Below, piece by piece: positions 11,806-23,716 of a stretch of 64,000 bases of DNA; positions within the stretch are counted from its first letter, which is position 1, and every line of letters starts with the position of its first letter. Position numbers and translations under genes: made by a program. The notes under the pieces are model-generated. The model worked only from the letters and a program-made list of their open reading frames with translations, made no database searches and was not told the origin of the DNA. This DNA comes from Leucoraja erinacea (lineage: Eukaryota): assembly GCF_028641065.1 (NCBI RefSeq), contig NC_073393.1:35216001-35280000 (forward strand). The letters are read 5' to 3'.

Positions 11806-12791
11806 TCTATATAATAAAAATGTCTCATCTTGACCACTTCCTGTCTGTGCTATATATTGATTTTTGAAAAATTGCTAGAATATATCGCTATGAATTTTGG
11901 TCATCTAACTCATAGTCCTCCTCCACTGAGGCAGCCCCAAGGATTTTTCCGATCGATGAAAAATGAATAAGTTATGAGTGTTTAAAAAATCTTGAGATCA
12001 GCTGATTGGTCCTCTCGCCTGTCAATCACCATGATGAAGGGTGGTTGGGGGTGTGGGGCAGTGGGGCAGAACTATAAAACCCCTGGTGCCTGGATGTGAA
12101 TCAGTCACTCTGGAAGATAGCAAGGGAGAGTCCACAAATGTGATTCTAAGCTGTGAATCAACTGAACTGTGAGTCAGCAATGTACTTGCAATAAATTATT
12201 TGTTAGCCCTTATGACAATGTAATGAATTGATTGGCAATTTGGTGGTCTGCACTCTGTTTGAAATGCTATGAAATTGAATTTGGTGGCCTGCACTCTGCT
12301 TGAAATGGAATTTCAAGGAATAGCCATATAATAATAATAATAATAATAATCTTTATTTATATAGCACTTTTCAACAAAACCAGTATTTGAACCAAAGTGC
12401 TTTACAGAGATTGATTAAATTAATTGAACAGATCAAATGTCAATAAATCCATAAAAACAAAAAAAGAGAAAAAAGAAAAAGAGTGAAGTGAAGTGAACTA
12501 CCATGAGTGAACTACCAGCCCACCAGCTCTGAGTGACTGACCGGCCAGCCCACCAGGCCTGAGTGACTGAGCTGCCAGCCCACCAGGCCTTACTGACTGA
12601 GCTGCCAGCCCAATAATCCATTCGGGCCACAATGTCCATACTAGCTCTCTGGAAACATGTCCCTTTGGCCCACAACACCCATACTAAAGCTCCAGAAAGC
12701 AATATTGGAATTGGTGGCGAGGTGGAATATTGCGTTGGGGGACCAGCGTTCCTGTGTGAACATGGTACCCAATGGGTCCCAATTAGTCTAG
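11806..12791 (+). mobile_element. Non-autonomous Helitron
   Basis: 5' A|TCTATATAATAAAA. 3' hairpin GGTACCCAATGGGTCCC at 12764-12780, then CTAG|T. Insertion sits between A and T with no TSD. Confidence 0.8.
12505..12612 (+). repeat. 30-bp minisatellite inside the Helitron (about 3.5 units)
   Basis: Variants of GAGTGACTGAGCTGCCAGCCCACCAGGCCT in tandem. Confidence 0.85.
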
Positions 12792-14004
12792 TAGAGTACA
12801 ATTATTTATTTTATAAGGCAGGGCTGCCAACATTGGGTGAGAGTTGGGAGTGATAAATTGCGAGAGACCAAGCCCGAGGGAGCATAGCACTCGGGGGGAG
12901 GAGGAGGGGGGGGGGGGGAGAGGAGGAAGGTGTCCCCCTCCCATTGGTATGGAACATTTGCATTTTTCAGCTTGAAATTGTACAATATGGTGCATACTAT
13001 AGCGACTCTTTTAACTTACACTTGAATGCAATATATATGCTTTAAATTGGATTGGAGCGTTTTTGAAAGGGGGAGGCTGTGCGATCACTGATCACTGGCC
13101 TTGGGGGTACCCGGTGAGGGAGTGGAGCAACCGAGTGGGGAGAGGGTGTGGAAGAAGGGTGTCCCCCCTCCCAGGGGAGGAACCTTTTGAAATTTGATGT
13201 ATTAAAATCATGTTGTACTGCACTGTAGAAATATGATTTCAATGTTTTTTGTATGAAGTATTTTTAAGAGGTAACTTTTTAAGGGGTAACTTTATCCACA
13301 CAAAGATGGAACAAGCTGCCAGAGGAGGTAGTTGAGGCAGGGACCATCCCACCATTTAAGAAAAAGTTAGACTGATACATGGATAGGACAGGTTTGGAGG
13401 AATGGACCAAAAGCGGGTGGCGTAGCTGGGACATGTTGGCGGGTGTGGGCAAGTTGCACCGAAGGGCCTGTTTTCACACTGTATCACCCTATGACTACAT
13501 TATGCCTCCACCATGCCTCAAAATCAAGTGATCGAGTTTTATTGATATATACTCAAGCATAGAAACATAGAAAATAGGTGCAGGAATAGGCCATCGGCCC
13601 TTCGAGCCAGCACTGCCATTCAATATGATCATGGCTATTCATCTAAAATCAGTACCTCTTTCCTGTTTTTTCCCCATATCCCTTGATGTCGTTAGCCCCA
13701 AGAATTAAATGTAACTCTCTCTTGAAAACATCCAGTGAATTGGCCTGCACTACCTTCTGTGGCAGAGAATTCCACAGACTCACAACTCTCTGTGTGAAGA
13801 AAGTTTGTCCTCATCTCAGTCCTAACTGGCCTCCCCTTTATTCTTAAACTGTGACCCCTGGTTCTGAACGCCCCCAACATCGGGAACATTTTTCCTGCAG
13901 TTACAGTAAGTGAAAATCTAGCAGGCAAGCAGGATGCTTTCTCCAACCACCCCCATTTGAAGTCCACTATCTTCCACCGTTTCTACCCAGTGCTTGGTAC
14001 TTAC

Positions 14005-14160
14005 TTCCAGCAGCCACCGGTTGTCCTCCAGGATGCACCGAGCCGCAGCCTGATCCATGCCGGTCACCTGGGCGAATTCGTCACAGAGATTCTCACGGCA
14101 GCGGCACAACGCTACCGATGCCTCCGATGGCCCGGGACTCTTGCACTGAGGCTGCTCCAT
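14005..14160 (-). pseudogene. TDP2: Orphan TDP2-like first coding exon (UBA-like N-terminus)
   Basis: ATG at 14160. The 52 codons end RENLCDEFAQVTGMDQAAARCILEDNRWLLE, followed by a phase-0 GTAAGT donor. This resembles the recalled vertebrate TDP2 segment RRLLCVEFASVASCDAAVAQCFLAENDWEME. No exon 2 was found. Confidence 0.72.
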
Positions 14161-14398
14161 GGCCGGAGCTGCAGTGAGCGACTCGCCAGCCCAGCAAACA
14201 CTCGCCAGCCCCGCTCCCCGTCCGCATCTGTCCCCGCTGCTGCTTCCAACACCCGCGGCCCATGCAGTTGATATGAGTTTAGAAATTTTCGTTGATCACA
14301 GAATTTCTCACAACAGAGCGAGAGAAATTTGTGATCAGCGTGAGAATTTGGTGAAATGCGTGATTCTCACGCTCAATGCATGGGAGTTGGCAGCCCTG

Positions 14399-14421
14399 CC
14401 TCTCTATCCCCCTCTCCCTCT

Positions 14422-14467
<46 letters not shown>

Positions 14468-15215
14468 CCATCTTTCCACTCTCTCCCCTCTCTTTCCCCT
14501 AACTCTCTCTCCCCCTCTCTTTCCCCTACCTCTCTCTCCCCCTTTTTCTTCTCTCTCTCCCCTCTCTTTCTCCTNNNNNNNNNNNNNNNNNNNNNNNNNN
14601 NNNNNNNNNNNNNNNNNNNNNNNNNNNNNNNNNNNNNNNNNNNNNNNNNNNNNNNNNNNNNNNNNNNNNNNNNNNNNNNNNNNNNNNNNNNNNNNNNNNN
14701 NNNTCTCCACACACTCTCCCTCTCATCTCTCTCCTCCTCTCTCTCCCCCATTTCTCCCTCCCACCTCACTCACCTCCTCCCCCTGTCTCTCTCCCCTCTC
14801 TCTCTTTCTCCTCTGTCTCTATCTCCTCTTACTCTTTGCCCCCCCCCCCCCCCCCCCCCATCTCTCTCTCTCTTTTCCCCTCTCCCCCTCTCTCTTTTAC
14901 ACCCCTCTCTCTTCCCCCTTTTCTCTCTTCTGTCCCTCTCCTCCCTCTCCACCCCCTCTCTCTTCCCTCTTTCTTCCCTCCCTCTCACCCCTCTCTCTCT
15001 TTCCCCCCCCCTCCCCCCACCCCTCCCCCCCCCTCCTCTCTCCCCCCCCCTCTCTCTCTCTCCCTCCCCCATCTCTCTCCCCTTCCTCGCTCTCTCCCTC
15101 TGTCTCTCTCCTCTCCTCTCACCCCCCTCTCCCCCTCTCCCCCCCTCTCTCTCCCCCCCCCCTCTCTCTCTCCCCCCCCACAGTCTCCCTGTCTCCTTCC
15201 CCTCTCTACCTCCCT
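14399..15215. repeat. CT-rich low-complexity tract containing an assembly gap (N 14575-14703)
   Basis: Almost pure C/T sequence flanks the N run. Confidence 0.95.
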
Positions 15216-15230
15216 TTGAGAGTCTGTCCC

Positions 15231-15312
15231 TTCGGCACAGAGACTCTCGCGGCAGCGGCACCTCCAATGCCCCCGACGGCCCGGGACACTCACGCTGTCC
15301 GGAGTGCTCCAT
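15231..15312 (-). pseudogene. Second, truncated and frameshifted copy of the TDP2-like exon
   Basis: MEHSGQRECPGPS.../RCRCRESLCAE. 15231-15440 aligns with 14075-14275, and both are followed by the same terminal sequence. Confidence 0.65.
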
Positions 15313-18049
15313 GGTCGAAGCTGCAGCGAGCGACTCACTAGCACCGCAAACACTCGCCAGTCCCGGCTCCCCACATCTGCTCCCACCGCTGGTTCTGCTC
15401 CCATCCCCCCCGCAGCCCCGGCTCTCTAACACCCGCGGACAGTGTTGTTGATCACAAACTCTCTCACCACTGAGCGTGAGAAATTTCTGATCAGCGTGAG
15501 ACCGTGAGAGTTTGCTTGAGGGCGTGAGTCTCACACTCAAAGAATGAGAGTTGGCAGCCCTGTAAAAGGTCATAGGGTTATGTGATTGGAGCAGAATTAG
15601 GCCAATTGGCCCATCAAGTCTACTTTTGTATGCAATTCAGAAAAGTTATTATTTATAGGCACTACCATACCCAAGTACAACAAGTTGCAACTAATGTAGT
15701 GTAAAAATAGAGTATATTGAGGCAGTACACATAGAATCGCTACACATCTGCCACCATCTTGTATCGTAGAAGATTCAAGGTTTTTAAAAGTATAGTCTTA
15801 TCTATGCCTCAAAGGCCAGTTGTCCTGTTGGAGGCACCGGACCAGAGTTGCAGGGGTTGGCCTGGCCTAATGATGCTGTCAATGCCTCCACCGCTGCTGT
15901 GTGTCGCTGCAGGCCACATCCGATCCACACATTCAGCCTCTGAGGGGCTTCATGCGGCACCCAATACACATGACCCTCCTCACCTGCTGCAGGGCCTCCG
16001 TCGACATGCAGGACTATCGACATATAGAACTAAATAGTCCTGTTCAGATCTGCTGATGCAAAGCAGAATGAGGAAACCAACTGTTAAGAAAAAAAATCGT
16101 CTTTTGTGTTACAGGTCCGATTGAGTGCGAGATCATTCTAAAATAACGAAGGAACTGTCGCTGCACTTCATTCTGGTGCCTCCTGCACACTGGTCCTCTC
16201 CCTCCTACTTCTGTGCCACTTCTTCAAGGTAGGTTATCCTGTTATATAATATTCACAAACACTGCATCATGTCTGTATGCTTCCCAGGGTGGAAATATCA
16301 AATACTAGACTGCCTAGATTTACGGTGAGAGGAGGAAAGTTTTGAGGAATTGTGCGGAGTAAGTTTTTCACCGAGGGTGGCAGGTGCCAGGAAAGTGCTG
16401 CCGCTGGTGGTGGTGAAAGTAGATAGGCACATGGACATGCAGGGAGCGAAGGGATATGGATCATGTACAGGTCGATAAGATTAGTTTATCACAGCATCAT
16501 GTTCGGTAGAGACCATGGGCCAACGGGCCTGCTCCTGTGATGTTTTATGTTCTTCAGTATGTTCTATGGTCTATATGTTCTATAGAACCATGTTCTATGC
16601 TCTATAATCTCTGTGACTACTTGTTAGATTGAGAGAGTATATGTACCATCTGAAATATGGTATTGAGTGCTTATTGCAGCAATGTTACAAAATTTTGAGA
16701 TTTAAAAAATCAAGTCTGCAATTTATCCCATCAGATAAAGCATAAAAAGAAGTTTAATTTGACACCTAATTCACTTTCATATCTCAAGTAATAAAAAAGT
16801 TATGGCCATTTTCATACTCGGAAATTAGCATCTTGTTCCCTATTGATTTTCTATGGACATAACAAAAAAGCTGTGATCGAGGACAGTCAAAAGCCCATAA
16901 CCTTCTTAAAAATTAAGGGGATGAGTGACAAAGATTCCATTCTGAAACAAATATAAAATAATCTTACTTGGAGGACCTGAAATTAAAGCATATAATTAGT
17001 TAGTTACCCAATTGTAGCTAATTTCAAACTTCAATTACTAGATTTAAACATCTATCCATTTCTTAATAAATGATTAACATTTTTAAATAGCCTGTGTCCA
17101 AATAATATTCACAATATAATTCACAATAAAACATTATTTTAAAATCTCATTTACACAATTTATAGGCCAACAAATTTAGACAATTGGTAAATTAAAGTCA
17201 ATTTAAATCAGCTTTCTAGTGGGTCATGTGAAGCGCTGGTTTAGAACATTTTTTTTCGCTGGATTTGTGCCCTCAAATGCCCAGAGTGGGGATATGACAG
17301 AAAAATGGTCTATGCTATAGATAAACTTTATATACAGGGTTCTGTAAGAAGCCCCTTTTAATGTACAAAAAGGTACATACCTTTAATTGTTGCTTTATAT
17401 TGGGGCTGCGAAGGTCAGGTTGAGAGAGTATTTTAGTTAAAATTATACAAGGCGTAAAAACTAATCATCAAATTTGCGACGGGGTCTTCCAGCTTTTTCC
17501 ATTAATGTTTACTGGGCTGAACATTTTCGATTGCGCCTAGTAAAAATCGCGTTTTATACCCGCCCCCTCTAAACAGCCAACCGAATCGCGCACACTGACC
17601 ATTGATCATCTACACGATTCAGTTAGGTTTTTATCCCACACAGGGCAATTTACAAAATATTGCCAATTAATCTACAAAAATATGCAGGTCTCCGGACAAT
17701 ATTAGGGGATTGTTTTTGGTCAATTGCAAACCCGCAAAACCTTGTTATTGATTGTGGGGAGGAAACCAGAGCACCCGTTTGAGAAAGAATAAAAACCCAC
17801 GTGGCTTGTACTTCAATAGAACGTTCAAATTGTCCTTGGAAATGTTTACTGTTTTTCACCTTAATATTTCCATTGTGTTCTCCTTCACACTTGTAGGACA
17901 GGTCGAAGTGGTTCCAATTCGGGTGCTGTGAGGCCAGCAGCTCTACGACTCTTCTGTGGAGTGGGGAATTGACAGTGGTATCATAATAGCTTCAGACTGT
18001 AATACTAAGTTGAAGTATCATGAGAATCAAATATTTTGTTAAATTCATG

Positions 18050-19190
18050 GAAACATAGAAAAACTTTTCCAGGTGCAGGAGTAGGTGAAATTTGGTCCTT
18101 ACGAGACCGAGCACCGCCATTCATATGATCATGGCTGATCATCCAACTCAGTATCCTTACCTGCCAATTCTCTCCATACCCCAGGTCTTCGGATTGTGGG
18201 AGAGGAAACCTTTAGCCACAAACCCCACAGGAGAACTAACTCCCTCTTAAATATACCCAATGAACTGGCCTCAACTACCCTCTGTGGCAGAGAGTTCCAG
18301 AAATTCACCACTCTCTGTGTGAAAAATGTTTTTCTCATCTCGGTCCCAAAGGATTTCCCCTTTATTCTTAAACTGTGACCCCCTTGTCCTGGACTTCCCC
18401 AACATCAGGAACAATCCCTTCGAGCTGCACCGCCATCAATATGATCATGGCTGATCATCCAAAGAATTTTGTAAGTTTCTCTATAGGTCCCCCACAAGGG
18501 CAATCTAACTCCCTCTAAATTAGCCAATGAGCGAGTACAAGCCGAGTGGCAGAGAGTTCCAGAGATTTACCACTCTCTGTGTGAAAAATGTTTTGACATC
18601 CCCCAAAGGAATCAGTTTATCCTGGTGACCCTTCTCTGGACTTCCCCTACATCAAGAATGTCTTCCTGCATCCTGTCCCCCCCTTAGATTTGGTAAGTCC
18701 TAAAGGAGTCCAAAACTGTACACTCCACAAAACTCCAGGTGTGGTCTCACCAATACCCTGTACAACTGCAGTAGAACCTCCCTGCTCCTATACTTAAATC
18801 CTTTTGCTATGAATGCTAACATACCATTTGCTTTCTTCACTGCCTGCTGCACCTGCATGCCTACTTTCAATGACTGGTGTACCATGACACCCAGGTCTCG
18901 TTGCATCTCCCCATTTCCTAATCGGCCACCATTTAGATAATAGGCTTCCTGTTTATAACAACTTTCCTGTTTTTGCCACCAAAGTGGATAACCTCACATT
19001 TATCCACATAATACTGCATCTGCCATGCATTTGCCCACTCACCCAGCCTATCCAAGTCACCTTGCAGCCTCCTAGCATCCTCCTCACAGCTAACACTGCC
19101 CCCCAGCTTCGTGTCATCCGCAAACTTGGAGATGTTGCATTCAATTCCCTCGTCCAAATCATTAATATATATTGTAAATAGTTGGGGTCC
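18050..19190 (-). mobile_element. CR1 LINE 3' portion (RT C-terminus and tail), garbled
   Basis: ISKFADDTKLGG...KCEVIHFGGKNRK, MQRDLGVMVHQSLKV and FFTQRVVNFWNSLP. Confidence 0.88.
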
Positions 19191-20211
19191 CTATTCATTT
19201 CTAGTTAACGTAGACATTTCTAGTAATGTAGACAAATCATTATTTTTGAGCCAAAGTTTGCTGAGTGCTGAGCAGTCACTGCTTGCTGTTGACTCGGGTG
19301 GTGTATATGGTCATAACTTCTTCTGGATACGCCTGTGTCCTGTTAGGCAAGGAACTGATGCCTTGCCGTTGTCCCAAGTGACAAATTTACAGCGCCTTGC
19401 ATGTTGTATTGAAGCCCTTGACAAAACCCACCCATGACACAACCAAGTTAAAAACGATAAACAATCATCTTAGCCATGCCCCCAGGTTTGGGATATTGCA
19501 ATGTATTAAATAATGTGGCTGATTTTAAATGCCTTTAAATGTTCAGAAACTTGCAAGAACTATTTAAAAGCAAGAAACAAGACAAGTTAGTCAGCATGCA
19601 CGTTGGAGTCCCCATGACCAGGAGTCCAAAAGAAGAGACGGCGGGTGTCACCTCATGCAAAATAATAAATCCCATGTGATGGAGCAATCTCCAGTGAAGT
19701 TTCATGTCCACCCAAACCTTCCCAATGTTACGATGACCAACAAACTTCTGGTCACAACAAGGAATGGAAATTCTCTCAGAAACTGATTTTCTAGGTGGTG
19801 ATCCGAATTATTTAATCCACTCGTCAGACAATACAGAAATGTTGTTATAAACGCTTGAATTAAGTGGAGCTATCCTCACCCTCTTGCTCCTGTTGTTCCC
19901 ATTGACCTTCATGCCTCATTGCAGTTGGCCTCCAGATCTCCCCTTGTTATCCCACCCCAGCATCATCTGCTGTCTTCACTTGCCAAGGTTTTACTGTTCA
20001 CAATTGGCTCATCATGCACTACAGAACACCGCCAGCCTGCAACAGGCAGTAATATCTCATCTTCAGGATTCCTTTGGTGGTTTCCGCTCCAATCCTGCTT
20101 TTTGACTGATTCTTAGTGAATCCGTTGTTCAGCTGTTGTTCAGTTCACATAGGTGTGCGCAGCCGGGGAAGAAAAGCTTATTCCTTGGCCCCACCATCCA
20201 TTCCTCCAGCT

Positions 20212-20600
20212 GCGAGGGGGGACCTCATTGAAACATACAGAATAGTGAAAGGTTCGGATAGAGTGGATGTGGAGAGGATGTTTCCATTAGTAGGAGGGTG
20301 TAGAACTAAAGGTCATTGCCTCAGAATGAAAGGACATTCTCTTAGGAAGGAGATGAGGAGGGATGTCTTTAGTCAGAGAGCGGTGATTCTGTGGAATTCT
20401 TTGCCACAGGCTGTAGAGGTCGTTAGTGTATATATTTTCAAGCATAGATAGATAGATAGATTCTTGATTAGTATGGGTGTCGGAGGTTATGGGGAGAAGG
20501 CAGGAGAATGGGGTTAGAAGGGGAGATAGATCAGCCATGATTGAATGGTGGAATAGACTTGAAGGGCCAAATGGCCTAATTTTGCTCCTATTCCTTATGA
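20212..20600 (+). mobile_element. CR1 LINE 3' fragment
   Basis: RGDLIETYRIVKG...TKGHCLR...FSQRAVILWNSLP, followed by the CR1 3' UTR. Confidence 0.85.
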
Positions 20601-21678
20601 CCTGTGCTGATGTCTTAATATGTGCAGCCATATAGGCTCCCTCAGGATGAAGAAATCTTGTGTCCTTTCCAGAATATGGCTTTCACCAGGAGATAATTGT
20701 GTGTTCCCGAAGGAATGGGAAGTTGTCCTGTTAAGCGTTTTTAAGGGAGGATCTTACTAGCACACAAATGCAGTCAATGGTCGCTGCATTTGGAGAGTGC
20801 CAGCAATACTGACTCATCCCCCATCTGAACTGGAAGTAGATGAAATTGTTGCTTTACACACACAGTGATTTCTCTGATATAGCAGTGGACTGGGAGACAT
20901 GCAGAGATCTTTGTTGGGGCTGCTTAGAAAGATCTTGTGGTGAGGAAGTTGAAAGCAAGCCTAGCTTTGTGTGGAGAGCAATCCATGACAGTGTGATCAA
21001 ACGTCGTTCTGCAGAGTGTATCACTTCATAGCGATGATAGCCTTAGAACAATTGAGCCCATGAATACTGTATATTGTTCATCAGAAAATGCGGAGTCTCC
21101 ACGTACTCTGTGGGAGTCGATTTGCCTTGTGAGATATTGACAAAAAGCCGGAGTAACTCAGCGGGTCAAACAACATCTCTGGAGAAAAGGAGTTGGTGAC
21201 ATTTCAGGTCAAGACCCTTCTTCAGACTGAGAGTCAGGGGAAAGGGAATCGAGAGGTATGGATGGTGATGTGGAGAGGTATAGCAAAAATGAGTGAAAGA
21301 TATGCAAAAATGGAACAATGATCAAGGAAACGGTCCATTGTTGGCTGTGGGCTAGGTGATAATGAGTGATACAGACAATGAAACTCACCAAGACAACAGT
21401 GTAACTAGTAAGACAAGAAATTGCCTTCTGAGAGAAGATTTCTGCCTCTTGCCTTGAGGTCTAGACCCATGCTGAGTGACCAGCCATGACCATTATATCA
21501 CCTCCCACAGAGCTGCCATTGGTGACACCATTGAAACATCCATTGAGGGAGTTACTCTGTAAGTGAATGCTAGGAAATTCGCATTCTGTTACTTCTGACA
21601 CAAAATGAAATATTGGAACATATTAAGCAGCCTGAAAGTTCAGCAGCCACTTGTGAGAATCATAGTCATGGATAAATG

Positions 21679-23716
21679 CAATGCATTCAGAAAGTATTCA
21701 GACCCTTCACTTTTTCCACATTTTGTTACAGCCTTATTTTAAAATGGATTCAATTCTTTTTTTTTTATCATCAATCTACACTCAATACCCCAGAATAAAG
21801 AAGCGAAAACAGGTGTTTCGAAATTTTTGCAAAGTAATTAAAAATAAATAACTCAAATATCACATTTACATAAGTATTATGACACTCAAAATTGAGCTTG
21901 GGTTCATCCTGTTTCCATTGATTATCCTTGAGATGTTTCTACATCTTGATTGGAGTCCACCAGTGGTAAATTAAAGTGATTGGACGTGATTTGGAAACCT
22001 TGTATACAAAGAAATACACACCTGTCTATATAAGGTCCCACAGTTGATAGTGCATGTCAGAGCAAAAACCAAGCCATGAAGCCGAAGCAATTGTTCGTAG
22101 ACCTCCAAGACAGGATTGTGTCGAGACACAGATCTGGGGAAGGGTATAAAACAATTTCTTCAGCATTTGCAGGTCCCGAAGAGCACAGTGGCCTCCGTCA
22201 TTCTTAAATGGAAGAACTTTGGAACCACCAGGACTCTTCATAGAGCAGGTCGCCCGGCCAAACTGAGCAATCGGGGGAGAAGGGCACTGGTCAGGGAGGT
22301 GACCAAGAACCCGATGGTCACTCTGACAGAGCTCTAGAGTTCCTCCGTGGAGATGGGAGAACCTTCCAGAAGAACAACTATATCTGCAGCACTCCACCAA
22401 TCAGGCCTTTATGGTAGAGTGGCCAGACGCAAGAGCGAAACTCGCTATCAACACATGGAGGGGACGGGGGACACAATTTGTTGGCGGCCACGCGCGCATG
22501 CGCGCACACTCACACACACGCGAGGCTTCGGAGGCTCAATCCAGCGCTAAATGCAGCTCAACTCTGCCTGTCTCGCCGGGTTAACTGCAGCCCTGCCTGG
22601 ACTGACGGGACACCAGCGCTGCTTCTCCGCGCTGGCCATATTTCCCGCATGTCCAGGAAGGTTGTAGGCTCACCTGGCGGGACAAGCAGAGTTAGCTGGG
22701 TTTAGCGCTGTTTCTCTGCACTGGCCGTCTGATTCCCGACCAAAGATCCTATAGTGGAGGATCTTTGCTGCCGACCTCTCTGGCCAGGAGTGGGAGGGGG
22801 GGGGTACTCGGGTACTCAGGAGGGGACGGGACAGCGCCGGATACTCGGCCAGGATCAATCCTGGCTGCGGATGAGGCACAGGTCTGTGCCACGTCTCCTT
22901 CCTCCAAAAACCGCACTCTATCCTCAATCCCACACCCCCCCCCTCACTCCTCCCTCCCCCAATCATCGCGCTGAATTATGTTCCGCCCCCATTGTCCGAC
23001 GTCTCTCTCGTCCAATCAGCACCCTTGATCATCAATCCCACCCCCACTGTCTCGCGGAAAGTGGAGATTTCACCGGGTTTTAAAATCCGGATTACAAAAA
23101 CTTGGGGGATATGTCCCCCACCTCTCAAAACATGGAGGGGACGTGTCCCCTCTAGCCCCCCCGGGTTTTCCGCCCCAGGCCACTCCTCAGTTCCAGAGCA
23201 TTCTGGACCTCAGACTGGGGTGGTGGTTCACCTTCCAACAGGACAAGACCAAGACAACGCAGGAGTGGCTTTGTGACAAGACTGTGAATGTCCTTTCATG
23301 GCCCAGCCCGGATTTGAACCCGATCGAACACCTCTGGAGGGACCTGAAAATAGCTGTGCATCGACGCTCCCCATCCAATCTGACAGAGCTTGAGAGGATC
23401 TGCAGAGAAGAATGGGAGAAATTACCCAAATACAGGTGTGCCAAGCTTGTAGCATCATACCCAAGAAGACTTGAGGCTGTAATCGCTGCCAAAGGTGCCT
23501 CAACAATGTACTGAGTAAAGGGTCTGAATACTTATGTAAATGTGATATTTCAGTTATTTCTTTTAAATTACTTTGCAAAAATTTCTAAACGCCTGTTTTT
23601 GCTTTTTTATTATGGGGTATTGTGTGTAGATTGATGATTTTTAAAAAAAGAATTTAAACCATTTTAGAATATGGCTGTAACGTAACAAAATGTGGAAAAA
23701 GTTTCTGAATGCACTG
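21679..23716 (+). mobile_element. Tc1-family DNA transposon (IR/DR type), internally deleted
   Basis: About 200-bp TIRs: CAATGCATTCAGAAAG... / ...TTTCTGAATGCACTG|TA, with AAGTATTCAGACC repeats. Transposase remnants from ATG 22076: GRPAKLSNRGRRALVREVTKNP, LHQSGLYGRVARRK, FQQD, WPSPDLNPIEHLW, ending at TGA 23514. Confidence 0.95.
22430..23178 (+). mobile_element. Non-autonomous hAT-type element nested in the Tc1 transposase
   Basis: Termini CAAGAGCGAAA / TTTCCGCCCCAG. Homologous along its length to 60891-61664. Interrupts the ARRKPLL codons. Confidence 0.85.

Larger units (their letters stand above)
12819..15562. mobile_element. Non-autonomous TIR DNA transposon (superfamily uncertain, hAT or P-like) carrying TDP2-like exon fragments
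   Basis: 13-bp TIR: CAGGGCTGCCAAC (12819) and GTTGGCAGCCCTG (15550-15562). A second right TIR lies at 14386-14398. Flanks TATAAGG / TAAAAGG form a near-TSD. Subterminal GCGTGAGA repeats. Nested CR1 tails at about 13290-13495 and 13558-13898. Confidence 0.7.

Noticed and set aside
12505-12612. CRISPR-like 30-bp repeats
   Set aside because: Head-to-tail with no spacers, in eukaryotic Helitron context, and no cas genes.
13918-14160. A functional TDP2 gene at this locus
   Set aside because: No exon 2 (RALNSYF-like) or catalytic-domain exons were recognised downstream on -. The exon lies inside TIRs and is duplicated.
14159-15573. Long ORFs (430, 321 and 267 aa) over the CT tract
   Set aside because: Stop-free only because of low complexity and the N gap.
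16675-17580. Possible non-autonomous DNA transposon
   Set aside because: It looks repeat-like, but no matching TIR, TSD or second copy is demonstrable in the window, and the right part appears low quality.
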